From Vitrella brassicaformis CCMP3155 (Eukaryota; Protista; Chromerida): 64,000 nucleotides of DNA. The stretch lies in contig CDMY01000336.1 of assembly GCA_001179505.1 (NCBI GenBank), positions 62,001 through 126,000 on the forward strand, in the 5' to 3' direction. Both the position numbers and the translations under genes were made by a program. The notes beneath the pieces are model-generated. The model was not told the origin of the DNA, made no database searches, and worked only from the letters and a program-made list of their open reading frames with translations. Positions 1 through 13,465 of the stretch are shown piece after piece (the stretch's first letter is position 1; each line of letters starts with the position of its first letter).

Positions 1-3000
1 TGTGGGTGTATGTGTGTGTTCAGGTGGCCCCCGGCGCTCAGGACGCCATGCGTCGTGCGTGCGAGCTGCTGGGCGTGCAGCCCGCCGCACTCGAGGAGAC
101 CCTCTGCTACAGACTCATCAGAACCAAAACCGAGAACTACATGTCAGTCAGTAGACAGACAGACAGACAACACAGAAGGAGGGGAAATGAGAGAGCAGGG
201 CGTCGACTCACATCCATTTGTGTGTGTGCAGGAAGCCGTTGAACATCCACGAGGCCGAGGACGCCCGTGACGCGTTGGCTCGGGCGTTGTACGGTTCGCT
301 GTTCCTGCGGATCGTCCACCGCACCAACATCTCCATCGGCTACAACGACTCGGTCAAACTCATGTAAGCTCGGCCGACCATCAAAACACACACGCGCACA
401 CGCAGACGAGGACGGGGCGGGGCAGGGCAGGGCGGGAATCACTCTCTCTGTCTGTGTGTGTATGTCTCTTGTGTGTGCAGGTGCGGCGTGTTGGACATCT
501 TTGGGTTTGAGTGTTTCAAGCTCAACTCGTTCGAGCAGATCTGCATCAACTTCACAAACGAACGGTGTGCACACTGCACCCACCCCCATCCATCCATTCA
601 TCCATCCCCACGTGTCAATCAATGTGCTGGCTGCCGTCTGTCTTTGCCTGCCATGGATGGATGGTATGTGTGGCTTTGCCTGCAGTCTTCAGCATTTCTT
701 CAACACGTTCGTGTTCAAGTGCGAGGAGGAGCTCTACCGCAAGGAGAACATCCCATGGGACCCGCTGGACTTCCCCGACAACCAGGACTGCGTCGACACG
801 CTGCAGGAAAGACGGACGGTACGTGTCGTACGGTCAGCCACACAGCTCAGCTCAGCTACTCACTCACTCACCGAACGACAAACCAACATGGAGACGAGAT
901 GCACGTCACATGCAAATGTGTTTGTGTGTGTTGTGTGTGGATCCTGACAGGGTATCTTCTCGATGCTGGACGAGGAGTGCATGGTGCCTCAGGGGTCAGA
1001 CAGGGGCTTCTGCAACAAAATCATCAAACAACACGCAAGTGAGTCGAGTCGAGCCGCTCACACAGCACACACACACACACACTCTCTCTCTCTCCCTGCG
1101 TCCACTCCACTCATTTTTCCATCAGAGAACCCGCGATTCGGCATCATCAAGACGGAGCCCTCGTGGTTCACGGTCAACCACTTCGCCGGCCCCGTGCACT
1201 ACTGCAGCGACAGCTTCCTCGACAAGAACAAGGACCACCTCTCAACCGACGTCCAGGAGTGCATCAAGACCTCCAACAACCCATTCGTCGCCTCACTGTT
1301 CAGGTAACCAACAGAACTGACAGACGGAGGGAGGGAGAGAGGGAGAGGGACACACCATACCATCGTCGCGTTCATTCGATGGGTGGACGTATGTCTGTCT
1401 GTCAGGGAGCACCTGCATCGGGGGGAGGTCGACGAGGGCTCCTCGTCGTCCAGCGGCAGGGGGGCACCCGAACCGGCAAAAAAGTGAGACGACGAAGCAA
1501 TAGAGAGGGAGAGAGGGAGGGACATACGCGCACCGCATCGCAGCACACATCAATGGGCTCGTGTGGATGGATGTGATATGTATGGTGTGCAGGCGTGGCA
1601 TCAAGCGTCCGGTGACAGTGTCGTCGGAGTTCCGCGATCAGCTCAACGACCTCATGAACAAGATCGACACCACCGAGCCGCACTTCATCAGGTGGGCACT
1701 GCACTGCACCAAACCCACCTCACCTGAATGCCGTGGGGGGACCCATACGAAGGAATGGTGTGAACCTCTGATCTCTCTGCTGTTGGCCGTGTGGTGCAGG
1801 TGCATCAAGCCGAACCCCCAGAATGCGCCCGACGACTTCCACAGGCTCAGCGTCACGGAGCAGCTCAGGTGAGGGAGGTGCCACTGACCGACTGACACGG
1901 ACAGACAGACAGGGACAGTGGGACTGGAGGTGTGAGTGTGTGTGTGTGTGTGTGTGCAGGTACGGCGGCGTGTTGCAGGCGGTGCAGGTGAGCCGTGCGG
2001 GCTACCCGGTGCGCTTCCCACACCGAGACTGCTTCGACGACTACAAAGTCCTCGCCAAACATGCGGTCGGTTAGCACACATCATACCAGCAGATACACAC
2101 ACACAAGCAGCAGGGACAACAGACGCCCTTCCTTGTTTCTCCCTCTCTCTGTCAGATGCTGCGCTCGCTGACGGCCGACATGGACGCCCGCACTCGTGCG
2201 CACAAGCTGCTGGAGCACCTGGAGGAAGACCTCCCAATCCCCAAAGTCCAGCACTCGGCCTACAGCTGGGCAGTCGGCAAGACGCTATGCTTCCTCAAGT
2301 ATACACACAGACAGACAGACAGACAGACAAAGAGAGACCCAATACCCTTTCTCGTACCCGTTGATTGCAGGCAGGAGGCGTTTGAGGCGCTGCAGAGTGC
2401 GCGTCTGAAGCTGCGTTCGGCGTGTGCCGTCAAGATCCAGGCGGTGTTCAAGGGCCGCCGGGAGCGGCGGTCCTACGTCTACCTGCAGTGCTGCGTCCTG
2501 CAGATCCAGGCGCTCATGCGCGGCAAGATCGCACGGATGGAGGCGCAGAGGAGGCGGCAGGACAGGGCCGTGCGGGTGATCCAGAGGGTCGCCAGGGGGT
2601 TCGTCCAACGAATCAGATACCAGCGGTGAGATGAGCGGCCCTGCTCCACCAAGACAGACAGACAGACAGAAAATGGTGTGGTGTCCGTTGTGTGCAGCAC
2701 CTTGTTCAAGATCGTGTTGATTCAGTCGTGGTGGCGCGGCATCAAAGGCCGCGAGCTCGCCGCCAACTGGAGGGTCCACTGCGCCGCGTCCGTCATCCAG
2801 GCCTCCTGGAAGATGAGCAAGCAGCGTGCCCACTACGTCCAGCTGCGGGCGGCCGCGTGTGTGTTCCAACGTCGGTGGCGCGTCAAGGCGGCCAAGCGGC
2901 AGCTGAGGCGGCTCCGCCAGGAGGCCAAGGAGGTCGGCAACCTGCTGGTGCGCATCCAGGCCCTCATGCAGGAGAACGCCGACCTCAAACAGACCAAATC

Positions 3001-6000
3001 GGACGTAAGGCAGTGGGTGGGGGCCATGGACGGGACGCACTGACACACAGACCAATCCAATCGCTGTTGTCTGTGTGTTGATTGATTGATAACTGGATGG
3101 ATGGTGTGTTCAGATGGAGGTTCACGCGCTGCAGCGTGAGGACCACCTGCGCCATCTGGTGGATCGCATCTCGCACTTGGAGGGATCCATCCGCGACAAG
3201 GAGGACGTCATCCGCCAGAAGGACAGAGAGCTCGAGGAGCAGTACACACGAGCCACACACAGACCACGCATCGTCGACCAACCACCCCAGCCACCAGCAG
3301 CCCCACCAGCAGCCGCACCAGCGGCGGTAGAGGAGACCCCCGTCCACGCCCCCTCCCCGGCAGTCGACGCACTCCACCCCTCCCCGCCCGAGCACACCAC
3401 ACCCCCCACACGCGATCGCACCGACGCAGAGGCCGCTGTAGCCGACCAGCACCCTGCACACGCTCATGCCCCCGCCCATGTGCACACGCCGCCCCGCGCG
3501 GTCACCGTCAGTCGAGGGACCGATGCGGAGGTGCAGCACGACGGGCATTCGCTGGGTTTGGGCTCGGGTGGTGGGCGTGAGGTGCGGCGCAAGTCATCAG
3601 GGGCTGGCAGTGGGGCCGGTGGGACGCCCCAGAAGAGCACCCCCCGCCCTGTCAGCCACGTGGCCACGCAGTCATCGAGCGCAACAGCGGTGCCGGTGCC
3701 CAACGCCGTGGCGCCGCACCATCACAACCTGCAAGAAGTGGTCAGTCAGGGAGTGCACCGAGCGACCACACAGACAGACAGACCAGCCTGTTCGTGTCTG
3801 TGTGTGTGCTTGGATTGCATTGCAGATAGAGCGTGTTCGTGCGGAGGTAGCCGAGGAGATGCAGCGTGAGGCGTCCCATGCGGCCGACAAGCACCGGGTC
3901 CAGAGGGCCGAGCTCGAGACGGAGAACGCCGACCTCAAGCAGCAGCTGGCGGCGGAGCAGCAGGAGCTCAAACAGCTCCAGTCGCGGTACCACCACCTGC
4001 TCATGAGCTCCGTCGGGTCGTCCACGTCAAACCCCCATAATCTGGTCCAGGCCACACACAGCAGCCAAAGCCACCTCCACAACGGGCCCGTCTCGCCCGA
4101 CCCGCCGCACATCAACGGTGTGGTGGCCACTCCCCCCTCTCAATCGAGCCGCGACAACGTCATGATGGAGGACGGCCTGACTTCGCGGCACAACGTCGAG
4201 TCGCCAGTGCAGCCGTCGGCGCAGGCGAGGCAGGGGGCGGTGGTGCTGCCCTTCTGGTCGTCGGACACACGCTCGGACATTCTGCTCGTTGGCGCGCCGG
4301 GAGCCGGCAAAACACAGCTGCTCGAGAGCCTCTTTGAAAAGGTCGGTCCGTAGCCAGCCATGGCTGGAGAGAGAGAGAGAGAGAGAGGGAGAGAGAGGGG
4401 GAGGGAGGGGAGAGAGAGGGAGGTGGTGGCAATGAGAGCACGGCTCTGAATGTGTGTTGTGGGACGTCCAGATGGGCGACACGGCGAATCTGGATAGGCT
4501 GCGTCGTGAGCGTTTCACGACGGACCCGACGGTGACTTTGGTGTACTTCAACGTCACGATGGACGGCTACGCCTTCCGCATCCTCGACTGCCCGGCCTCC
4601 GACTTCATGGGCGACCCCTACGAGTCCATCATCAAGCCGCAGTTCAGGCGCAGCAGGTGGGCCGTCATCCTCTACGACATGTCAAAGCTAGACACCTACC
4701 AGGCCGCCGTCAGAGCACTCGATGAGGTAGGTAGAGACGTCAGGTGGCAGGGGACAAGGGGAGAAGGAGTGGATCGATGGATGGATGGATGTGGTGGTCG
4801 ACTCAGGCGCGGCACTCCGGCGTCAACTTCCTGCTCTTCGGCAACAAGTGGTCACACAAAAACGAAAACGCCTCCATCGAGGTAGGTACCGTACCTGCGC
4901 TGCTGGTAGCAACATTGCCTGGCACCCACACACAGCACAGAAACCCATGTGTGCGTCCTCCTGTCGCTGCGGTGCATTGGGTCACGTGACGCAGGTGGAT
5001 CTCTACGAGGCCAAGGACAAGGCCGCGTCGGGTCTGGGGCTCAGCGTGGAGAGCGACGATCTGTCCGACGCCTTCCACCCCATCATAGGCGACCTCAAGA
5101 CGGAGGCCCGACACACCGGCATGTACTCGCGCGTCAACAACACGAACACGCCGCAGCCGAACTACTACCGGGCCGCCAACAAGCCCCCTATCGGCCCCTC
5201 GTCAGCCACCGCACCGAGGCGGTCCACACCTGCCAGGCTCCACCCCCCACACACCGTACGCTACGCGACGCATCACAGAGATGGAGATCCTGTCACTCAA
5301 TTCATCAGTCCATGTGTGTGGTTGTGGGTGTGGTTGTGGGTGTGGGTATGGTTGGCTGCACAGCGTCTGACGGCCAACCCGGGGAACCGTTCTCGCCTGG
5401 CGACGACGCTGGAGAACATGCGGTCGTGGTTCAGAGGAGAGGAGCCCAAGAGAGCAGTCGGCAACACCTCGCAGGTACCCTTGGACGGAGGCCAACCCTG
5501 CAGGCACTGTTTCACTCTATGCCTGTGTCCCTCCCTGTCTGTCTGTATCTGTCTGTCTGTCTGTCTGTCTGCAGCTGTTGGTTCCCTCATTGTATGCGCC
5601 TGAGTCCAAGAGGCCTCCGCCCTCCAAGAAGGGCGACCACTCGGCCGACGTTATGCCCGTCCAACAAATAGAGGTCAGACAGACAGACAGACAGACGAAC
5701 AGACAGGTGGTGCGGTGCATGGGATGTGCACTTGTCTAGTTCCACCTGCCTGTGTTTTTGCGATGTGTGTGTGTGCGTGTGTGTGTGTGTGTGTGTGTTT
5801 AGCTCAAGTCGCCCAGCGGTCAGGCGAGCGCGGTGACGTGTCTGGCGCTGGGCCGGGAGCGCAAGAAGAAGCCCTACTTCTTCCTAGCTATCGGCACCAA
5901 GGAGGGACAAATCACCGTGTACAGGTCAGAGCCGCCCCCCCCCCCCCNNNNNNNNNNNNNNNNNNNNNNNNNNNNNNNNNNNNNNNNNNNNNNNNNNNNN

Positions 6001-8076
6001 NNNNNNNNNNNNNNNNNNNNNNNNNNNNNNNNNNNNNNNNNNNNNNNNNNNNNNNNNNNNNNNNNNNNNNNNNNNNNNNNNNNNNNNNNNNNNNNNNNNN
6101 NNNNNNNNNNNNNNNNNNNNNNNNNNNNNNNNNNNNNNNNNNNNNNNNNNNNNNNNNNNNNNNNNNNNNNNNNNNNNNNNNNNNNNNNNNNNNNNNNNNN
6201 NNNNNNNNNNNNNNNNNNNNNNNNNNNNNNNNNNNNNNNNNNNNNNNCACTCTCGTCAATCACATGCCAAACTATGCTCTGTGTGTGGTGTGTGAGCAGG
6301 GTGTATCGCACCCCTCTGGAGAGGGACTTGCTGCGTCGGCATCAGTCGTTCGGCGCCGAGTACAACACCGTCTCGCCCGACGAGCTGTCCGACGCTGATC
6401 GCACTGCCGGAGAGGCCGAGTTCCACATCGACCTGGTGCGGTGCCAAAGACACTCAGGAGATGGGAAGATGATCTGTGTGGTGTGGTGTGGTTGGCAGGT
6501 TGGTCACAAGCGAGCGGTGACGTCCTTGCGGTTCAGCCCGCTGGAGGACTTCATCTTCTCCACCTCCATAGACAAGTCCACTCGGTTCTTCGACCCTGAC
6601 ACCGGTAGGTACCCGGGCCGCGCCATCCACCCACAATCATGGGCCGACAGGACAGAATCAGGACGCCATGCCTCTTGTGTTGTGTTGTGTTGTGTGGCTG
6701 TGGCTGTGGCTATGGCTGTCGCGTGTGTGTGTGTGTGTGTGACATGGCCAGGTGAGTGTCTGAAGGTGTTTGCGGACGGCACCCCCGCCCTGACAGCGGC
6801 CTTCCTGCCCCTCAACCTCAACGTCATCATCATTGCCAACACCAACTCGGTGCTCAGACTCGTCAACGCAACCAACGGCGGGGTCATCCAGAAACTCAAG
6901 GTCCGTCAGTGGGACAGGGCGGCTGTGTGCATCGCATCCTCACCCACGAGTGTGGTGGGAGGAATGGAATGGAATCGGTGTGTTTGTGTGCATGGATGGA
7001 TGGATGGATGTGTGTGCAGTTTGACACTGAGGTTCGGGCGATGCAGTTCGACGACACGAGCTGCTTCTGCTTCGCCGGCACCAAGAACGGCGTCATCCAC
7101 GTCCTCGAGGCCACCGACTCGTCCACCCTCAAATTCAAATTCAAACAGGCCCTCTCCAACAGAAACAGGGTCAGTCAGCCAGTGGGTGGACACACACACA
7201 CTCACACACACACACACACCGACACAGGACAGCTTCTCCATGTGGAATGGCTGTGCGTGTGTGTGTGTAGGCGGCGATAACGTGCATAAACTACGTGAGT
7301 TCGACGACGCCCGAGCGCAACCCCTACATCCTGGTCAACTCGTGCGACAACTTCGTCTCCATCGTCGACTGCATCTACGGGGAGCCATCCGTACTCACCA
7401 ACCTCACCGTCAGACACAGAGTCAAGGTACGTACGGACGTGTCGGTGGTGCTGTCGCGGCGACAGACACCACCCACCACACCGACCCCCGCACATCCATG
7501 GCCATACCCCTCCCCTGTGGGGTGTCTGTCTGGTGTGTCTGTCAGGTTGCGCATTCCCTGCTGCCGATCGGTAGCTGCTACTCGGGTGCGGGGGGAGGTT
7601 TTGTCGTCTCGGGATCGGAGGACAAGGAGGTGGGCGAGGGAGTGGGGAGTGGGGTGGGTTCAGCAAAGGGGGAGAGGGCGGGAGGGAGGGAGGTGCGACG
7701 TCATTGATGCGGCTGCCCGCCTCCCTGCCTGGCTGGCTGGCTGCATGGCTGGTTGTCTGTGTTGTTTGTTCAGGTGTATTTGTATTCCCTCGACCCGCAC
7801 AACAACTATCGGCTGCAGAACCTAGCCCATGTGCACCAGGTACTCACTTACATCCCTTCATCACACACACACATAGAGAGATAGATGCCATCCCTGCAGA
7901 CACACACACGCCTTGATTGATTATGGTGTGTTGTTCGTGCCGTCCGTCCACATGGCGTGCAGGCTCCTGTGTTGGCGGTGGCCAGCAATTTTGTCGACAC
8001 TCTTCTCATCTCTGGGGACTCTGCCGGGGTGGTCTTCCTCTGGAGACGACTCGAGTACACCGAGGGCGGCAACTGA
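1..8076 (+). CDS. MyoF: Myosin heavy chain, class XXII/MyoF-like (5'-partial, multi-exon): motor, 6 IQ motifs, coiled coil, Rab-like domain, WD40 repeats
   Basis: Spliced exons give LDIFGFE (switch II), [24 protein letters not shown] and [23 protein letters not shown]. Six IQxxxRG-like motifs lie at about 2430-2900. GAPGAGKT is at about 4290. WD-type exons ([42 protein letters not shown]) end at TGA 8074-8076. One part crosses an N gap. Confidence 0.88.
5948..6247. other. Assembly gap (300 N) inside a myosin intron
   Basis: Run of n counted directly. Confidence 0.99.
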
Positions 8077-9129
8077 CAACACACACACGCATAAATAGGA
8101 TGGGCGATTGTACTGGGACGACTGGAATGGACGGCTGGACGCCGTAGCCAATCCACCCTCTCTCCCTCCCTCCCTCCCTCCCTCTGTGTCCATGTGCACC
8201 ACTCAGCCACGCCATGTTCTTTATTTCTTCATCCCTTCTTGTGTGTGACATATATATGATACGATATCTATGATGTGTGTGGGGGGGGTGGCGCGTGCCG
8301 TGCGTAAGGGAGGGATTCTTTTATTTATGTGCCTGCCAGTGAGTGAGTGACTGAGTGAGTGACTGAATGAATGGATGGATGAGTGCGTTGCGCTGCAATG
8401 CACTCGACACGGCGTCATTTTTGTTTCTTTCTTTCTGTGAATGGTAGTGGTACGGACGGGGCGGGACGGACAGCGCGCCTTCCTTCCTTGACGTGTGTAC
8501 ATTCATTCCTTGATGCCTTCCTTCATGGTGCGAAGCGTTTCGTGTAATGGGGGGGGGAGAGGGGAGGGAGGGGGGGAGGGTGAGTGTATAAAAGACTGTC
8601 TGGCTGGCTGTCTGTCTGTCTTGTCTGTCTGGGTGTCAGTCATGGTTCCTCTGCCAGTGGGTGTGTGTGGGTCCACGTGGTGTATTGCTGATTGATTGAT
8701 GCGTGTGCTGTGCGTGGGAGTGTGAGAGAGTGTGTATGAAATGAAGACACCTGACCTGTATGCTATGGCTGGCTACCACTGACAATCAATTTGCCTCCAT
8801 GATGACGACATAACATGACACCAATCCATCCATTGATTTGTCCACCGCTCACCTCACCAAACATTGATTTCTCCACCCCCACCATTTGTTTGGTCGCGCT
8901 GGGGCTTCTGGAGGTCGGCTGGGTGATACTGGGGCGGCACCGCGGTTCTCATGCCGCCCCAATATCACCCAGGCGGATTTCAAGAAGCCCCACCGCTCAC
9001 CCAGTGAATCGTCAGACACTCAATTCACCCTCACCGCCAAGCGTAAGTCTATTCACACCCCACCCCATCCGCGTCACCCGTCCCATACACCCACCCCTCT
9101 AGTACCCCCCCTCCCCTTTCGGCAGTTGG

Positions 9130-9731
9130 TCATGCGTCTGCACTGGCACCTTTCGCGTCTTGCCGCTCGCCCCGCATGGTGGCTGGCGGTGGCTGGTTCA
9201 TCAGCACCAGCGACATCGTCCGCCCGTCATGAGCCTCAACAGACGCATCGCGAAGGAACTCCGGACGCTCCACAGCAGCGGCAGAAGATGATGCACCAGC
9301 CGCAGTACCAGCGTCATTCACAGCTGCCGGTTGGGCAGCAGCAGCAGCAGCGGCAGCAGGAGGGGAGGGCTGTGGTGCCACCGACGGGTGCTGTTTGTGT
9401 GTGGGGGATGGGAGGGAGGAGTCGCCGACCTGGTGCTGTAGCAGGAGGGATGCCAGCTGTTCGGGCGTGTGGTTGGAGTTGGGCATGAAGACGCCTTCCG
9501 GTAGGCCGTGGTGCCGCTTGCATATCTTCTTGAGGCGGGAGGCGATGAAGAACATCTTCTTCCGCTTCGCCTCGCTCAGGTACGACATGTCTGAACCAAC
9601 GAACCAATCAGACAACGCATCAGCGGAGTCAGAGAAGGCTTTCTGACAAAGAGGTTTCTCTCTGCCTGCGATGCGTGAAGGGAGAGCTCACCTGCCGAGA
9701 ACTTCTTGCTTTTCTTGTACTTTGGAGCCAT
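9130..9731 (-). CDS. Small basic hypothetical protein (about 3 exons; MAPKYKKSKKFSA...SYLSEAKRKKMFFIASRLKKICKRHHGLP...)
   Basis: ATG at 9731, GTGAG donor after exon 1, in-frame exons ending at the stop of ORF 9130..9615. No family recognised. Confidence 0.55.
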
Positions 9732-9898
9732 CCTGATTCTGAACTCCAGAGCAGCAGCAGCGGTTTCAGGAAGCACTCTGAGCGGCCTGACGAATCGTCG
9801 TGTCCTGACCTTAGTGCGAAACGCATCCCCGCCCTAAGCGAATTCTGATCTTGCATGAGATTCAGGATTTCCAGCTGCAGCTGAGGTTCCTCGCCCGC
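9732..9898. promoter_or_regulatory. 167-bp bidirectional promoter region between head-to-head genes
   Basis: Divergent ATGs at 9731 (-) and 9899 (+). Perfect 12-bp palindrome CAGCTGCAGCTG at 9872-9883. Confidence 0.5.
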
Positions 9899-11771
9899 AT
9901 GGCGCCAAAGAAGCGGGTGAGCGCTTCAGGAAAAACAGCACAGAATTCGACATTCATCGTGTCCAACTGTCGCTTCCTCAGGCGGCTGAGGCTCCGGTCG
10001 AGCCCCAGCGCCGCAACGGGCGCGGCTCCAAGAAGGCCCGGCAGCAGCACCTCGCGGCCGCCATAGAGGCTCAGGTGGTGCATGAGCAGCAAGACGAGCT
10101 GGACATCTGCCGTCAGAACGCTTCCCAGCGCGAGAAGGCCTTCCAGAACGGCACTGAGAAGCTCCGGTTCCTCGTGCCCGACTACAATGGCGCGGCGTTG
10201 CTCAGCGGTGCCATGATGAGCCAGTACTCGTCCGCCGTCAAGGCGCACAGCGACCTCGTAAGGCCACATCACATGGATGGCACAGACAGGGCACTGCGGG
10301 CGGGGGAAAACTGCACTGCATGGCTGTTGTGTTGGTGTGTCTGTGCGTCGGATGGCTGCAGGACCGTTTTGCGATGCCGGAGGGTTTCCTGAGTCAGTGC
10401 GGCGAGGAGTTCAAGAAGTTGCGCTCCTTCACCGTGGACCGGATCTTCGCGGCCTGCAGCAGCATGCGCGTGTGCGGGGGGGCACTCGTGGCAAGCGTCC
10501 GGCTGTTCGACTACTACCAATACAAACGTGAGGCGGCACCTGCACACACACACACACACACGTGCCCTCGTGAGAGTGTTTGTTTTGTGCCTGCCTGCCT
10601 GGGTGGCCTCAACAGAGTGGGAGAGCGGTGTGGGCCTGTTTGAGCATAACGTTGTTGCGGTAGACGGCATCGCACACACGAACGCGCCAAGATACGGACA
10701 GAGATGTCCGTGCGCATCTGTGTGTGGTGTGCTGCACTGCGTGTGCCCGTCCATAGGTTGGTTACACGTGTCTGTGGATAGCGTCCAAGTTTGAGAGCGA
10801 CGCGGCGTTGGTCAACGACCTGGTGAGCCTGATGAACCAGGTGCCGTGGGACAAACGGGGCAAGGACTTCACGCCCAACGACTTCCTCAACCTCGAGATA
10901 CACATACAGGGGTAAGGAGGTTGGTGACCGGGGAGGGAGGAAGATGGGCCATGGTGGCATCTCTCTCTCTCTCTCTCTGTGTCTGTCTGTCTGTCTGTGT
11001 GTGTGTGTGTGTGGTGGTTGCAGCGTTGTCGGCATGCGAGTGGCGTTCCCTACCCCGTGTAGCTTCACCGATCGGTTTGCCGAGGCCGGCGGCATTGCCA
11101 TGGACACCAAGGACCACTCCTTCGTGTATTTCCTACAGGTGGGCTGGCTCGGCAACAAACACACACACAGATGCACCCTCTTTGTGCTGTGTGCGCAGGA
11201 ACTGACGTTGACGGACCTCAACTTCTCCAAGTACAAGGCCATCATCATCACGGTAGGTACTCAGACACACAAAGGCTGACTTACACCATTTATCTGGACT
11301 TCTGGCTGTCCTTGTGTGGTCCATCCATCCATCCATCGCCTAAACAGAGCGCTGCTGTGTACATGACCCGCAAGATGTGGCTGCTGATGGAGGGCCAGCC
11401 ACGACACGGCGAGGATAGCTGGGTACACACACCACACCGCATAACACCACACCACACAATACACTCACAGGAGGGCAAAAGAACACACTCATGTTTGTAT
11501 TATGACTCGTGTGCAGACGGACACGTTGGCTCGCGTGACAGGCGTCAGGAAGTCGCAGCTGCGGCACTGCGCCGGCAAGATGGCCGACCTCCTGCGCACC
11601 CTCGGCCGCCCCGACGTAGCCGAGGTGCACATTTGTGCAAAGATCGCACGGATGAACCTGCGAGCCCTCCTGGCTGTGTGTGTATGGCACAAACAGGGGA
11701 TTCAGGATGCCTTCGTGGCCAAGTGGAGCTTGCCGGTCAACTACGCCCTGGCGGCCACACTCTACGACTAG
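9899..11771 (+). CDS. Divergent cyclin (cyclin N and C boxes, about 10 exons)
   Basis: Spliced product contains VGYTCLWIASKFE...FTPNDFLNLEIHI...FPTPCSFTDRF...ELTLTDLNFSKYK...SAAVYMTRK...WTDTLARVTGVRKSQLRHCAGKMADLL, matching the A/B-type cyclin fold consensus. TAG at 11769-11771. Confidence 0.8.
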
Positions 11772-12604
11772 TCACCGACGAACCCACACACACGTGACGT
11801 AGGTAGGTAAGTGAGCAAAAGGAGCGAGGGGGAGACACACATATGGTCTCTTGTCTGCCTCTCTGTCCCTGCAGATGGCTGGAGGCTGCATTTTCTCTTC
11901 GTATCTGTCCCCTTCCCACCAGTATGTAACCAATCGGCTTGTATGGCGTGGATGCGCGGGAGTGTCTGTCTGTCTGTCTGTGGGACTGGCTGGAGGGACG
12001 GAGGGTGGGTCTTGTCTTGTCTTACCGCAGAGAGAAAGGCAGGGGCAGGGCGGGAGGGTTCGGTGCGGCCTTAGCAGCAGCTCAGCCATGGCATGGATGA
12101 GAAAGAAATGGACATGGCGACTGCGCGGCGTGGCATGCGTCGTTCCCACCCTAATGTCTGGCTGCACCCATCCCATCCCCCCCCTCGTTGCATAGGTGTG
12201 GTATGTGCAGGCGCTGTGTCCGTGTGTGTGGTTGGGCTGGGTGGTCTGGCTGTTGTCAATATTGCCCGCGGTGTCTGTCCGAATCGATGGGTGTCACTGA
12301 TCGTTGTGGGGACGTGCGCGTGTGTGTGTGAGTGTGTGGATGGACACGGGAGACGGTTGAATGCGACAGAGGGATATCTTCAGTGTGTGTGTGTGCGTGT
12401 GTGCGTGCGAATGAACACACATACACATGCTGATGGGAGGGGAGAGGGAGAGACGTCCGTACACACCTCAGAAGTGAGTGACACTCACCGGCTACACATG
12501 CAGACAATCATGCTAACATATGCGTGGTGCTTTGACGCCACCACCCATCGGCATATTCGTTTGTTCTCCCCGTACGTGGCGATGGCTGCCAGCACAAGGC
12601 ACAA

Positions 12605-13465
12605 TTGCGAACTTGGCGAGAATTCTCGTCGGGAGACGTCACTAAGAATCACCGCTGTCGTGTTGTCCTGCCTCGTTTTCCAGCTCATCGGGCGTCATCT
12701 CGTTCTACTCTCTCTTTTCCTCGTTGGTTTCGTCGCGTCCCACACACCTCATCCTCATCCCGCCCCTCTCTCCCTTCCTCGGCCTGTGGGTGACAGCGGG
12801 CCAGCCGCCCTTATCGCTCGCCAACGCGGCATACAGCCAGCGGGCCCAGCCCTCCTGGCCAAGGATCCACGGCTGCATTCTGTCTGTCCGGCGCGTCGCC
12901 CCCTTGTCGGTGTTTGTTTCAGGTACGGTTTTTGCTCAATATGTGAAGATGTCTTTTTGATGCCGATCCGATCCGACCGAGACGCACGGGAAATTCGTGA
13001 CCCCCCACCTCAGTGTGGCGACGTCACTGCACCAATCGGCGGCTTAACTTGTGAAATTGGCGAGAATTCTCGTCGGGAGACAGGACGTCAAGAAGAACAA
13101 GAAAACAACCACATTACTTACCGCTGCCGTGTTGTTCTGCCTTGTTTTCCAGCATCGGGCGTGATCTCTTCCAGGACTGGTCCCTTGCGTCCCACCCGCC
13201 TCAGCCTCCCTCGCCTCTCCCTCCCTTCTGCAAGTGGCAGCGGCAACCAGCCGCCTCGCCGCCCCTATTGGCCTTCCCCCAACGCGGCATCAGCCAGCCG
13301 GCCCAGCCCCTCCTGGACCCCTGGTTCCCGCCAAGAGTCCAACCTGTCTGTCCACCGCCTCGTCGGTGTTTTATTTCGAATTGAGGGAAGTCACTGTGTG
13401 TGGACATGTGAGAGGTAACATGACTTTTTGAGCACATGTACTTGTCGTCTGTTGCCAGCGAGGCA
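12605..13465 (+). repeat. Degenerate tandem duplication with period about 444 bp
   Basis: TGGCGAGAATTCTCGTCGGGAGAC occurs twice (palindromic core CGAGAATTCTCG at 12617-12628 and 13061-13072). Each is followed by colinear blocks (ccgctg.cgtgttgt.ctgcct.gttttccagc; caacgcggcat.cagccagc.ggcccagccc; tcgtcggtgttt). Confidence 0.85.

Noticed and set aside
2285-3055. Long antisense ORFs over the myosin exons (and similar ones over PARP, PPR and DnaJ)
   Set aside because: These are shadows of GC-rich coding sequence on the opposite strand, with no motifs of their own.
8886-9488. 200-aa plus-strand ORF
   Set aside because: Overlaps the spliceable minus-strand gene, is low-complexity and starts at a non-ATG codon.
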